Shown in pieces: positions 30,725 to 40,487 of a DNA stretch of 64,000 bases. A model generated the notes under the pieces. The model saw only the letters and a program-made list of their open reading frames with translations, searched no databases and was not told the origin of the DNA. This DNA is from Sphingopyxis sp. (GTDB lineage Bacteria; Pseudomonadota; Alphaproteobacteria; Sphingomonadales; Sphingomonadaceae), in the NCBI GenBank assembly GCA_041939405.1, contig JBGTUD010000003.1, positions 4,657-68,656 on the forward strand, given 5' to 3'. How positions within the stretch are numbered: position 1 is the stretch's first letter; each line of letters starts with the position of its first letter. The position numbers and the translations under genes were made by a program.

Positions 30725-33345
30725 CAGAAATTCGCCGCCACGCCGAACCAGAAGGTGCGGCCATATTCGGCCGATTCCTGGAGATAGGCCTGTCCCGGCC
30801 CGACAAGTTCGCGGCGGCCCTTGTTCGTGAGGTTTTGCCCTTCGGCATAGAGGGTGAAATTGGGCGTCAGGCGGAAGTTGACGTTTGCGTCGAGCGTGCC
30901 GCGATCCTTCCAATATTGGTCGGCGTTCGGGATCGTGTCGTTGATCGTTTCGAGGAAGCCGCCGATATAATTATACGACAGCCGCGCCTCGAACCGGTCC
31001 TTCTGGTAATAGACCGACGCGTTCCACACCGTATCTGGCTGGAGGAACAGGCCGGTCACCCTTGGGCCCACGCTGGTCAGGAAGGTGAATTTCGTGTCGA
31101 GGAAAGTCGCATTCGCGCTGACGCCGAGGCCGTCGAACGGATCGGGCAGGAAGGTCAGCGCCTGCTGGAGATTAAGCTCCAGGCCCTTGATCGTCGCGCT
31201 TTCGGCGTTGCGCGGTTCGGATACCAGCACATCCTCCACCCCGCGACCGACGTCGATTGCCTCGACGCTCGACAGGGTGAAAATCTCGTTCTTGATCTTT
31301 TTGTGAAAGAGCGCGGCCGAGATGACGCCGTCCTTGGGATAAAATTCGAACGACAGGTCGAAGCCGCGGCTTTCGCGGGGGTTCAGCCCCGGATTGCCAC
31401 GCGCCAGCGTCGGCTGGCTACCGTCGAAACGGAGCGTTTCGGTCGCGGCGATCGATCCATAATCAGGGCGGCCGATCGTGTTTGTATAGGCGCCGCGGAT
31501 GACGAAGCGGTCGGCGACGTCCCAGCGAACGTGGAAGCTGGGCAGCCAATTGTCGTAGCTGCCGTCGGCCGTGATCTCGGCCAAGGCCGAGCCGACCGCG
31601 CGATAGGCATTAGACGACACCTCGGTGCGTTCGTAACGAAGTCCTCCGAGCAGGGTGACGTTGCCGATGCGTGTGCTGCCCTGAAGATAGGCGGCAAAGA
31701 CATCCTCGCTGACGTCGTAATTGCCCGCCACCGAGGCGACCGTCGTGGTGAAGCTCGCCTTGTTCGCTTCGTAGAAGGCGGGGAAAGCATCGGCGTCGAT
31801 CCGGATCGGGATAGGGAATTGGCCGCGGATCGGCTTGCTCGGACCGTTGGTAACGACCTCGTCCAGCGTGTAGGTAAAGCCGCTCGCCGCGCGATAGTCG
31901 GTACGCGGGTTGCTGTTCTCGCGGTCCGTCAGGCGGATGACACCTCCCGTCTTGAGCTTGACCCCGCCGTCATCGCGGTCGTCGCCCCAAGTCAGATTGA
32001 GGCGGAACTGGCCGCTCTTCTCGAGCGACTTCTGCAGATCGCTGCGCTGCTGCTGAAGATAGAAGTTCGTCGGGTCGACGGCAGCCGCCGCATTGGTCGG
32101 CGTGAACACCGGATAGAAATCGGACGTATCGTAATGGAAGGCGTAGCGTGCGCCGTCGGCGTCGCGCGTGCGGAACTCGATGCTTTCGTTGGGAACGCGG
32201 AGGCGGCCGAGCGAAAAGACCGCGTCGCCGTCCACCTTCAGTTTTTCGTCGGCATCCCATTCGAACGCCGTGCGGCCGAGCGCAACGAGGCGCTTGGTGA
32301 TCGGCTGGTTGAGCTGGACGATAATGCGGCCGCGCGCGAAATCACCGCTGGTCGGCGTCTGGTTCGCGACATTGCCGAGCGGTTCGATGCGATATTCGAT
32401 GCGCTCCTCGTCATCCTCTGTCCGCGCAACCACGCCCGAAAGCTCCCAGCGGAACCGGTCCGACGGGCGCCATTCGATCTTCACATTGCCACCGGTGCGC
32501 TGCTTGGTATTGTTGTACCAGAAGAGGCGGTGCTGCGTCGGCACCTGGATGCCGTTGCCGTTCGCCGCGCCCGAATTCACCGGCGCGCCGCCCGCCGTAT
32601 ATTCGCGCACCGACGGGCTCGCGACCTCGATCTGCGGAATGTCGTAATCGAGCTGTTCATGGCTGGCACCGACCACGATGCCCCATTCGTCGTTCGCGCC
32701 GAAGGTCGTGCCGGCGGCGAAGGCGATGCGATACGACGGCTTGCTGTTCCGCACGTCGCCATTCTGTTCATAGATGCCGTAGGAGGCAACGCCGTTGAAG
32801 AAGGCGCGCCCCGCATCGAAGGCGCTGCGCGTCGCGATGTTGATGATGCCGCCGATGGCGTTGGCATCGTTTTCGGGTGTCACCGTCTTGATGACCTCGA
32901 TCCGCGCCGCCATCACCGAAGGGATGATGTCGAGCGGCACGGTACGCCCCGACGAGTCGACGCCCGATACCAGCGCGCCGTCGACGGTCGTGCGATTATA
33001 GGTCGACTGAAGCCCGCGCAGCACGGGAAATCGCGGTTCGCCCTGGTCCTCCTGCACCGACAGCCCCGGGATACGACGAAGCGCGGCCGCGGTATTATGG
33101 TCAGGCAACTTGCCGATATCGTCCGACGAAATCGCGTCCATCACGATAAAGGCGTCGCGCTTTTCGGCGGTCGCTTCATATTGCGCGCGGCGCTGGCCAG
33201 TGACGACGATCGTGTCGCCATCGGCGCCCGCTTCGCTCTCCAGCGCGGGGTCGACCGGTGGTTCGGACTGAGCCAGCGCCGGCGCAGAGAAGAAGACGGC
33301 CGAGCACAGCAAAGCGGCCCGGAAATTCGGGAGAGACGGTTTCAT
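30724..33345 (-). CDS. TonB-dependent receptor (Caulobacter/Xanthomonas type)
   Basis: TIVVTGQR, DAISSDDIGKLPDHN, RIEVIKTVTPENDANAIGGIINI, GNPGLNP, C-terminal F. Confidence 0.95.
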   Translation of the reverse strand: MKPSLPNFRAALLCSAVFFSAPALAQSEPPVDPALESEAGADGDTIVVTGQRRAQYEATAEKRDAFIVMDAISSDDIGKLPDHNTAAALRRIPGLSVQEDQGEPRFPVLRGLQSTYNRTTVDGALVSGVDSSGRTVPLDIIPSVMAARIEVIKTVTPENDANAIGGIINIATRSAFDAGRAFFNGVASYGIYEQNGDVRNSKPSYRIAFAAGTTFGANDEWGIVVGASHEQLDYDIPQIEVASPSVREYTAGGAPVNSGAANGNGIQVPTQHRLFWYNNTKQRTGGNVKIEWRPSDRFRWELSGVVARTEDDEERIEYRIEPLGNVANQTPTSGDFARGRIIVQLNQPITKRLVALGRTAFEWDADEKLKVDGDAVFSLGRLRVPNESIEFRTRDADGARYAFHYDTSDFYPVFTPTNAAAAVDPTNFYLQQQRSDLQKSLEKSGQFRLNLTWGDDRDDGGVKLKTGGVIRLTDRENSNPRTDYRAASGFTYTLDEVVTNGPSKPIRGQFPIPIRIDADAFPAFYEANKASFTTTVASVAGNYDVSEDVFAAYLQGSTRIGNVTLLGGLRYERTEVSSNAYRAVGSALAEITADGSYDNWLPSFHVRWDVADRFVIRGAYTNTIGRPDYGSIAATETLRFDGSQPTLARGNPGLNPRESRGFDLSFEFYPKDGVISAALFHKKIKNEIFTLSSVEAIDVGRGVEDVLVSEPRNAESATIKGLELNLQQALTFLPDPFDGLGVSANATFLDTKFTFLTSVGPRVTGLFLQPDTVWNASVYYQKDRFEARLSYNYIGGFLETINDTIPNADQYWKDRGTLDANVNFRLTPNFTLYAEGQNLTNKGRRELVGPGQAYLQESAEYGRTFWFGVAANF

Positions 33346-33410
33346 TTTGGTGATTCCCCAAGAAGGTGTGTTGTCGGGGGCTGCGGATAGGCTCGTGTGG
33401 CGTCAGCGAG

Positions 33411-33461
33411 GTGACGGGACCGTTGCACCACGATGAAAGCAACATCTCATTTCAATGACAG
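33411..33461 (-). promoter_or_regulatory. Pho-box-like array of half-sites with 11-bp period
   Basis: Minus-strand half-sites CTGTCAT, ATGAGAT, CTTTCAT, GTGCAAC, CCGTCAC at plus positions 33455, 33444, 33433, 33422, 33411. Confidence 0.55.
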
Positions 33462-33524
33462 CTTCCACTGTCAGCAGTGGCCGATTTCAGACTGACAGCT
33501 GTTCAGAACCGCTACCGTTCCAAG

Positions 33525-34553
33525 TCACAATTCCCGGGCTTTCGCGGCAGCTCGAACATCCTGCGAACAGGCGAGCGAGATGACGAGGATGTCGTCGCCA
33601 TCCACAACCACCGCGACGTCGTTCATCCCAACGATAGAGACCCGTCGCCCCCCGGCGCGAACTAGGTTGTTACTGCTGCCATGCAGGAAGACGTCGCCGA
33701 CCGCGGCATTGCCCATCTCGTCCTTCGCGGCGAGCAGCTGGACCGCCTGCCAACTGCCCAGATCGGACCAGCCCATTGCAACGGGCACAACCGCAACGCG
33801 ATCGTCCTTCTCCATCACCGCATAGTCGATCGAGTCATTCGGCGCATGCCCGAACTCGCGCGCGTCGGCGTGGATCGCGTCGCGATCCACGAAGCCCGCG
33901 CGAATGGCGTCGACGGCAGCGCCGAAGATCGCCGGACATGACGCCAGCATCGCATCGCGCATGCGTCCGGCGCGGAACAGAAAGATGCCCGCGTTCCAGT
34001 TGTAACCACCGGCGGCAAGCATCCGATTTGCTTCCTCAAAAGGCGGCTTCTCGATGAAACGCTCGACGATGAACCCGTGTTTGGTCAGGGCTTTGCCACT
34101 CGCGATATATCCAAATCCCGTGTCGGGCCGATCAGGTGCGATACCGAAGGTGACGATCCAGTCCCGGTTGGCGAGTTCGACCCCGCTTTCGATTGCGGCG
34201 TGAAAGGCGGACAGATCGAGAATGACCTGATCGCTCGGCATGACGAGCAGCAGCGTGTCGGGGTCTGCCTGCGCGACCGCGAGAGCGATAGCGGCGGCGG
34301 TTCCGCGCGGCATCGGTTCAACAATCAACATAGCGTCGCGGCGACCGAGCTGCTCGCGCACCACCGGGACATGCGCGCCACCGCACAGAATCATCGGCGG
34401 TGCGAAAGATGGCCCCGCCGGAGTGCGCTTGACCGTTTGCTCGAAAAGACTTTCCGAACCTGCAAGCGGCAGGAACTGTTTTGCACGATGCCCGCGGGAT
34501 TCCGGCCACAGCCGCGTCCCCGCACCACCACAGAGAATAACCGGTTGAATCAT
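33525..34553 (-). CDS. manC: Mannose-1-phosphate guanylyltransferase
   Basis: MIQPVILCGGAGTRLWPESR...KQFL, EKP, WNAGIF, SIDYAVME, GWSDLGSW. No PMI domain. Confidence 0.93.
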   Translation of the reverse strand: MIQPVILCGGAGTRLWPESRGHRAKQFLPLAGSESLFEQTVKRTPAGPSFAPPMILCGGAHVPVVREQLGRRDAMLIVEPMPRGTAAAIALAVAQADPDTLLLVMPSDQVILDLSAFHAAIESGVELANRDWIVTFGIAPDRPDTGFGYIASGKALTKHGFIVERFIEKPPFEEANRMLAAGGYNWNAGIFLFRAGRMRDAMLASCPAIFGAAVDAIRAGFVDRDAIHADAREFGHAPNDSIDYAVMEKDDRVAVVPVAMGWSDLGSWQAVQLLAAKDEMGNAAVGDVFLHGSSNNLVRAGGRRVSIVGMNDVAVVVDGDDILVISLACSQDVRAAAKAREL

Positions 34554-34647
34554 CGGGCAGGCTCCGATCCAATCTAGGTTGGCCAGAAAGCACGCCTCTC
34601 CTTGTTTGCGAACATAAGGGCAAAAAAGGGCCGGCTTCAACCCATTT

Positions 34648-34662
34648 TGCTGCATGTGCGAA
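34648..34662. promoter_or_regulatory. TGCTGCATGTGCGAA box (EPS/lasso motif)
   Basis: Related to the boxes at 41531, 51197, 61862 and 61886. Confidence 0.5.
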
Positions 34663-34847
34663 GAGAAACTTGATCGTTCCGATTTTCGCGGCAATATCGT
34701 TAATGTCGGCGCCGCCGCGAGGTGGTCCGAATCCCGGTCGGCCCGACCGATCGGACCCGGGGGGATGTCACGACCGTTTCGGATCTCGATGCTGTCGAAA
34801 GGCCGTGGGTGAAAATGTCCGCGCGTCCATCCCGAAGGAGTTTTCCG

Positions 34848-35597
34848 ATGAAGCAGCTTGTCGCATTCGACCTCGATGGAACGCTCGCCGAAAGCAAACA
34901 GCCACTTGCCGATTGGATGGCCGAGGCAATCGCCAGCCTTTTACAGGTCGCCCACGTCGCCGTCATCTCCGGCGGCGACTGGCCCCAGTTCGACAAGCAG
35001 GTCGCAAGCCGATTGCCGCCCCACGCCGACCTGTCTCGGCTGTGGCTGATGCCCACCACAGGCACCAAGCTTTTCACGCACCGCGGGGGTGCCTGGGCAC
35101 CCGTTTACGCCGAATTGTTCGACGCAGTTCAGAAGCAAGCGATTCTTGATGCCTTCGACGCATCGCTCGAGGCCACCGGGTTCGTTCCCGAGGAGACCTG
35201 GGGGAATCGGATCGAGGATCGCGGAAGCCAGATCACCTTTTCGGCGCTGGGTCAGGAGGCACCGATCCATGCAAAGGAAATCTGGGATCCCGACTTCGCC
35301 AAACGCAAGGTCATCCAAGCCGACCTGCGCACCCGGCTGCCGGGCCTGTCGATCAATATGGGCGGCGCGACGTCGATCGACATCACGCGCGAAGGGGTCG
35401 ACAAGGCCTATGGCCTCAAGAAGCTGCGCGATGCGAGCGGGGTTCCGCTGGAGGCGATGATGTTCATCGGCGACGCGATCTTTCCCGGTGGCAACGACTA
35501 TCCGGCGAAGGAACTAGGCCTCGACACCGTCCGGGTTCGCGACCCCAAGGAAACACTGGCTGTGATCGAAGCCATCGTCGCATGCCAGAAGGATTAG
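34848..35597 (+). CDS. HAD-IIB family, eukaryotic-type phosphomannomutase
   Basis: LVAFDLDGTL, IEDRGSQITFSALG, GGATSIDI, DKAYG, FIGDAIFPGGNDYP. Divergent from manC. Confidence 0.85.
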   Translation: MKQLVAFDLDGTLAESKQPLADWMAEAIASLLQVAHVAVISGGDWPQFDKQVASRLPPHADLSRLWLMPTTGTKLFTHRGGAWAPVYAELFDAVQKQAILDAFDASLEATGFVPEETWGNRIEDRGSQITFSALGQEAPIHAKEIWDPDFAKRKVIQADLRTRLPGLSINMGGATSIDITREGVDKAYGLKKLRDASGVPLEAMMFIGDAIFPGGNDYPAKELGLDTVRVRDPKETLAVIEAIVACQKD

Positions 35598-35608
35598 CGC
35601 GAGATCGG

Positions 35609-35872
35609 TTAAATCGCGTTCCAGATCAGATATATAACGATCCAGAGTGATAACGAAATGGCCAGTCCGACCAGCCATCCCGACCAGCGGATCGGGTTCG
35701 AGCCAGCCGTCCGCTGGGCCGCATCGATCGTCGAACTACGCATGTCTTGCCCCCGATTGCGGTCCCCAGGGCCAATTGCCGATTCGCCGGTTAAATTGTC
35801 GTGAATATCACGGACGCGCGGCGCCGAATTTGTCCCTTCCCGGGACTCCGGACTGTCGCGCGATCCGTCCAT
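35609..35872 (-). CDS. Small hypothetical protein with a C-terminal transmembrane helix
   Basis: GAGAGGA RBS. Ends WSGWLVGLAISLSLWIVIYLIWNAI. Confidence 0.5.
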   Translation of the reverse strand: MDGSRDSPESREGTNSAPRVRDIHDNLTGESAIGPGDRNRGQDMRSSTIDAAQRTAGSNPIRWSGWLVGLAISLSLWIVIYLIWNAI

Positions 35873-35931
35873 GAGCGTCTTCCTCTCGCGTCATCATCGG
35901 CATCTTCTGCCGAGATGCCCACGAGAGTATT

Positions 35932-37692
35932 TTAGATCGCGATACGGCCGCCGTCCATCCATTCGAGGCTGGGCCGCCTCGAGGTGGTTCGTCCAGCTTC
36001 GAGCCCGATAACATGGTCCGCAGCGGCGAGCATTGCCGGGCGGTGCGTCACGATAACGATGGTCATGTGATCGCGCAGCGATCGCATCGCTTCGACGACG
36101 CGCGCCTCACTCGCATGATCGAGCGCACTGGTCGCCTCGTCGAGGATGAGCAGTTGGGGACGTCGCAGCAACGCGCGCGCAATCGCAATGCGTTGCCGCT
36201 CACCGCCGGAGAGCGCCTGGCCCCGGTCGCCCACGGGGGTTTCGAGTCCCGCGGGTTTCGTCCGGACAAGATCGGCTGCATCGGCAAGTTCGAGCGCTTC
36301 CCACAATCGCGCATCGTCGATGTCCGCGTCGGCAAGCCGGAGGTTGGCGGCAATGCTGTCGTTGAACAGAAAGGTTTCCTGCGGCACCAGCGCGACGTGG
36401 CGCTGCCACAGCGGCATCAGTTTCTGGTCGAGCGCAAGGCCGTCGACGGCGATCCGTCCGCTCGACGGCGGCAACAACCCCGAGATGATGTCGAGCAGGG
36501 TCGATTTGCCGCTCCCGCTCGGGCCACTGATCGCGGTAATCGCGCGGGCCGGGATGACGGCCGAAATGCGATCGAGCGTCGGCATGCCTTCATCGCCATA
36601 GTGAAAACGGATCTGCGAAAGTTCGATACCGCGGTCGAGCCGTATCTCGCGTCCAGCGGGGGCATGCGCCGGTTGCTCGGCGTTTTCGCGACAGGTCTTG
36701 AGAAGGTCGACGACGGCGCTGACCGGCCCGAGGCTGGCGGCCAGTTCCTGACTGACCGAGTGAAGCGCCATGATCCGCGGCGCGAGCCGCATGAACAGAA
36801 AGAGCATTGCCAGAAGCACCGGCAACTCCATCGTCTGGAAGGTGAGCGCGACGAAGATGAAGCTCGCGACGGCGATCGCGGTCAGCGTTTGGTATATGGT
36901 CGCGCTGCGCGCGCGCGCCGAAGCAAAGCGGATATTGTGACGATAGATACGGAACAGCACATCATCCATCGCGGCGAGATGCTGCTTTTGCAAACCGAAA
37001 AGCTTGGCCGTGCGCAGCCCCCCGAGGAATCCGTCGACGAGCCGGAATTCGTCGCGCCGTTGCCGGCCGACAGTCTGGCCATGCTCGAACGAGCGCCGCC
37101 GGGCGCGGTAGGTGAAAGCGAAAACCGCAACACCGATCACGATCGCCGCGAGCGTCATGCGCCACGATATCGCAAGCGACGCGAGCGCGAATATTGCCGC
37201 CATCAACGCCGACTGCACGAGTTGGAGCAACTGGTGCGTTGCCAGCAGCAGCCGGTCGATGTTCGACGTCAGTATCTGGGCGAGGTCGGCCGTGCGATAA
37301 CGGCCGAGGACCTGCCAGCGCGTCAATGTCACCGCCTTGAACAAGCGGTGCTGGAAATCGGCGACAAAGCCGAACATGACGCGCGCATTATAGCGCTCCT
37401 TGGTTTCAAGAAGCAGCGAACGGATTACGGTCGCGACCACGAAAGCGCCGATGATCATCGGCAGCGTGATCGCCACGGTCTGGTCGGTCACGACAAAGGG
37501 GATGCGGTCGAAATCGATAAGAATTTCCTGACGCGCCGGATCCAGCAACCGAAGCAGCGGGATCAGCAGCAGGATCGAGACGATCTCGCTGAGGCTGCCG
37601 AGAGTCTGGAGGATCGCAGCCTTTGCAAAGGCGCCACGGGTGCCCGCCCAGACCAGCCGAACGAAATCGGCTATGCCGTCATGCGACCGCAT
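35932..37692 (-). CDS. ABC exporter (fused TMD-NBD), lasso cluster D protein
   Basis: N-terminal TM region, GPSGSGKS, LSGGERQR, ILDEATSALD. Start MRSHDG overlaps the kinase end. Confidence 0.92.
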   Translation of the reverse strand: MRSHDGIADFVRLVWAGTRGAFAKAAILQTLGSLSEIVSILLLIPLLRLLDPARQEILIDFDRIPFVVTDQTVAITLPMIIGAFVVATVIRSLLLETKERYNARVMFGFVADFQHRLFKAVTLTRWQVLGRYRTADLAQILTSNIDRLLLATHQLLQLVQSALMAAIFALASLAISWRMTLAAIVIGVAVFAFTYRARRRSFEHGQTVGRQRRDEFRLVDGFLGGLRTAKLFGLQKQHLAAMDDVLFRIYRHNIRFASARARSATIYQTLTAIAVASFIFVALTFQTMELPVLLAMLFLFMRLAPRIMALHSVSQELAASLGPVSAVVDLLKTCRENAEQPAHAPAGREIRLDRGIELSQIRFHYGDEGMPTLDRISAVIPARAITAISGPSGSGKSTLLDIISGLLPPSSGRIAVDGLALDQKLMPLWQRHVALVPQETFLFNDSIAANLRLADADIDDARLWEALELADAADLVRTKPAGLETPVGDRGQALSGGERQRIAIARALLRRPQLLILDEATSALDHASEARVVEAMRSLRDHMTIVIVTHRPAMLAAADHVIGLEAGRTTSRRPSLEWMDGGRIAI

Positions 37693-38611
37693 GGTCGCGC
37701 CTGTCGGCCGGGCAGAGGAAGTCAGCAAGCTCGGGAAGTGCGTCGAGGTCGTTGCGGACGATAAGCCGCCCGACACGCGCGCTCCGCGCGAGCGTGGCCG
37801 CCTTCGCAAACAGCGCCGCGGCCTCCCCTCCGCCCATTGCGGCCCTTCCTAGGCGCGGGAAGTAGGAAAAACGGATAAGCGCCCGAAGCGCATCCGCCGC
37901 AGCGAACGCCCGGTATTCATTCGCGGCACCGCGATCAAGGACATGGACGCGGCCAAGCGGCAACGGCCAACGCGGGTTTGTACGCGCCAGCCGGAAGCGG
38001 ATTTTGCCGTTCGTGAAGAGCCCGTCGGACGGCTCGACGACATAGCCTGGCACAGGCCCGAACCGCGTCTGCATATCGGCGTCGAGCTTCATTGCCTGAT
38101 AGCCTGCGGCGACGACAGGCGCCCCCGCCCCGAGGCGAATCGCGACGACATCGTCGGCCACGAGCCGGAAGCCGCCTGCAACCAGGCTGGCAGCCGTGGT
38201 CGACTTGCCCGCCCCCTTGTCGCCCAGAAATATGGCCGCCTCGCCATCGATCTCGATCGCACTGCCGTGCAGGACCAGATAACCGCGCCGGTGTAGCAGG
38301 ATTGCGAGCACCGGCCCGAGCAGCGGCAAGGCCAGAAGGCGCTCGTCGAAGCCCGGATCGAGATCCACCGCAATCTCCCTCCCGCCTGCGCGCACGAGGA
38401 AGACGCCCACGTTGCGGAAACGAAGCAGGTCCCCTTCGGGCAGCACCGCGAAATGCCGGAATCCTTCGAAGGGCTGCGAATAGCGGGAAAGATCGGCCGC
38501 GACGATGTGGAGATCGATCTCGCCTGCCGAACAGATGTCAGCCTCTTCCAGCCGGAAATCGGAGCATACCGCCAGATCGTAAATCCGGTACAGGAAAGCT
38601 CCGCTGCTCAC
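37679..38611 (-). CDS. HPr-kinase-like lasso peptide kinase (PadeK/SyanK type)
   Basis: LHGSAIE, Walker A GDKGAGKSTT, LVADD. Coupled to the cyclase by a 4-nt overlap. Confidence 0.85.
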   Translation of the reverse strand: MSSGAFLYRIYDLAVCSDFRLEEADICSAGEIDLHIVAADLSRYSQPFEGFRHFAVLPEGDLLRFRNVGVFLVRAGGREIAVDLDPGFDERLLALPLLGPVLAILLHRRGYLVLHGSAIEIDGEAAIFLGDKGAGKSTTAASLVAGGFRLVADDVVAIRLGAGAPVVAAGYQAMKLDADMQTRFGPVPGYVVEPSDGLFTNGKIRFRLARTNPRWPLPLGRVHVLDRGAANEYRAFAAADALRALIRFSYFPRLGRAAMGGGEAAALFAKAATLARSARVGRLIVRNDLDALPELADFLCPADRRDHAVA

Positions 38612-40485
38612 GCCGCTTCCTCGATATAGGGGGGGCGTTCAGGCGGATTCTCCATCGCAAGCCAGCGCGACAGCATCACCGCGCGCCAAAGGCGCATCAG
38701 CGCCGTGCCGTCAAGTTCTCCGCTATTCCGCAAATCGGACCAGTCGGCGCGAAGTTGGGCAAGGTTGCAATAGGGCAGGATCAATTCGGGCCGCTTTAAA
38801 ATCGCCTCGTCGATAACGTCGCGATCGAACCGGAGCAGCGACTGCCGCAGATGGGTCGCGAAATCATGCTTGTCCGTCCGTAGGCGGATCTTTTCCGGCA
38901 ACACACCTTCCATCGCATCACGAAGCACGGAGCGGGGCCGGCCGTCCTTCCATTTTTCCTGCGCCTCGACCGTCACGCAGAAGCGGACGACATCGAGGTC
39001 GAGGAAGGGCATCCGGAGTTCGACGCCGGCGCAGGCGGCTTCGATGTCGATCACCTCGAGCGAATGGGCAAAGATCGGCGATGCCAATTTTTTGAGATGC
39101 GCCTGCTGCTCGATCGGACGCTCACGGCCGTCGGGGGCGGTGACCAGCGGATCGCGCTGGACGGAAGTGCCGCGGACGAGGAAGCTGGCCGGTAGGTCGA
39201 GCAGCTTGCCGACGCTGCGCCGGATGCCTCGCCGCCAGACGAGACGCCGGAAATGCGGCCATGGCGCCCCTGTGACGTGACGAACGGCCTGCAGCTCCCT
39301 CCACAGCTTGCGCCACTGGCCCGACGCGGCCAATTCGCCGAACAGCCCACCGCCATGCGAGATCACCTCGTCGCCGCCGTGCCCATGCAGGATGACGCGC
39401 CCGGAGAAATCTGCGGCCACCTGTTTCAGGAAATAGCGGAAGATGCCGCCATTCGGGCCGGCCGGGGGCTGGTCCTGCTCGCCCAGAATCGCATCGGCGT
39501 GGCCAAGACCGGAAACTCCGCTGCAATCGACCGTGGTATGTCCGATCGCATATTGGTCGACCACCGACGCGATGAAGTCGCGTTCATCCTCGACGTCAGG
39601 GTCGGAGAATATCAGTGAGAAAGCCTGCACAGGCGGATCGCCATCGGCGCGACCTGAAGCGAGTGCGCTAACGATCGAGGACGAGTCGAGCCCCCCGCTG
39701 AGGAAGGATCCGACCGCCGAATTGCCGCGAAGGCGGCGACGGATCGCCTCGACGAACAGCGCGCGGAATTCGCCGCCCACATCCTCGCGCGCGACCGGTG
39801 CCTCGGTATCGAGACGCCAGTAACAGTGCGTCGCGAATGCATCGCGCCGGGCGATCGCATAATGGCCTGGAAGCAGGCGGTAGATGTCCTCGAAAAAAGT
39901 ACGGTCGCGGTCAGCCTCGGGAAAGTCTCCCCGGACAAAATCCGCCATCGCCGCATCGCGCCGTTCCCCCGGGATGTCGGGGCGCATCGCCAGCAGCCCC
40001 TTGATCTCGGACGCAAACAGCAGTTCGTCGTCGATGACGCGATAGTAGAGCGGCTTTACCCCGATATGATCGCGCGCCAGATAGACCTGCTGCTTTATGG
40101 GATCCCAGATCGCGATGGCGAAATCCCCCAGCAGATGTTGCGCCAGCTGGTCGCCAAGCGAACGATAGGCCGCGAGGAGCAACCGGGTATCGGACATGGC
40201 GTCCGGCAGCGGCGCATGCAGTCCTGCCGCGTCCCGCAACATGGCCCGCAATTCGTCGCCATTGTCCAGCCGGCCATCAAAGGCGACAACATAGCCATCG
40301 TCGTCGAGCGCGAAGCCGTTGCACCCTGTGTCAAGCAAACCATGGCCGATGAACACATATTCGTCATGGTAACAGGACATGCCGTCGCGGCAGCGATGGG
40401 CCATCGCGTCGAGCGCCCGCTCGAGCATCGCTACGCCGCGCGCACCATCGCTTTTGGCAGGGACGATGCCGCATATACCGCTCAT
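38608..40485 (-). CDS. Lasso peptide cyclase (C protein; asparagine-synthetase-like)
   Basis: MSGICG lacks the Cys2 of a true AsnB. RDHIGVKPLYY, LSGGLDSS, GHGGDE, RMPFLD. Adjacent to B1/B2. Confidence 0.92.
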   Translation of the reverse strand: MSGICGIVPAKSDGARGVAMLERALDAMAHRCRDGMSCYHDEYVFIGHGLLDTGCNGFALDDDGYVVAFDGRLDNGDELRAMLRDAAGLHAPLPDAMSDTRLLLAAYRSLGDQLAQHLLGDFAIAIWDPIKQQVYLARDHIGVKPLYYRVIDDELLFASEIKGLLAMRPDIPGERRDAAMADFVRGDFPEADRDRTFFEDIYRLLPGHYAIARRDAFATHCYWRLDTEAPVAREDVGGEFRALFVEAIRRRLRGNSAVGSFLSGGLDSSSIVSALASGRADGDPPVQAFSLIFSDPDVEDERDFIASVVDQYAIGHTTVDCSGVSGLGHADAILGEQDQPPAGPNGGIFRYFLKQVAADFSGRVILHGHGGDEVISHGGGLFGELAASGQWRKLWRELQAVRHVTGAPWPHFRRLVWRRGIRRSVGKLLDLPASFLVRGTSVQRDPLVTAPDGRERPIEQQAHLKKLASPIFAHSLEVIDIEAACAGVELRMPFLDLDVVRFCVTVEAQEKWKDGRPRSVLRDAMEGVLPEKIRLRTDKHDFATHLRQSLLRFDRDVIDEAILKRPELILPYCNLAQLRADWSDLRNSGELDGTALMRLWRAVMLSRWLAMENPPERPPYIEEAA

Positions 40486-40487
40486 CG

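Noticed and set aside
30835-33390. 851-aa plus-strand ORF
   Set aside because: Antisense shadow of the TonB receptor.
37679-38611. PTS-regulatory HPr kinase
   Set aside because: No PTS genes nearby; embedded between the lasso cyclase and the exporter.
38608-40485. Housekeeping asparagine synthetase or EPS amidotransferase
   Set aside because: Lacks the catalytic Cys2 and sits with B1, B2 and a precursor, so it is a lasso cyclase.
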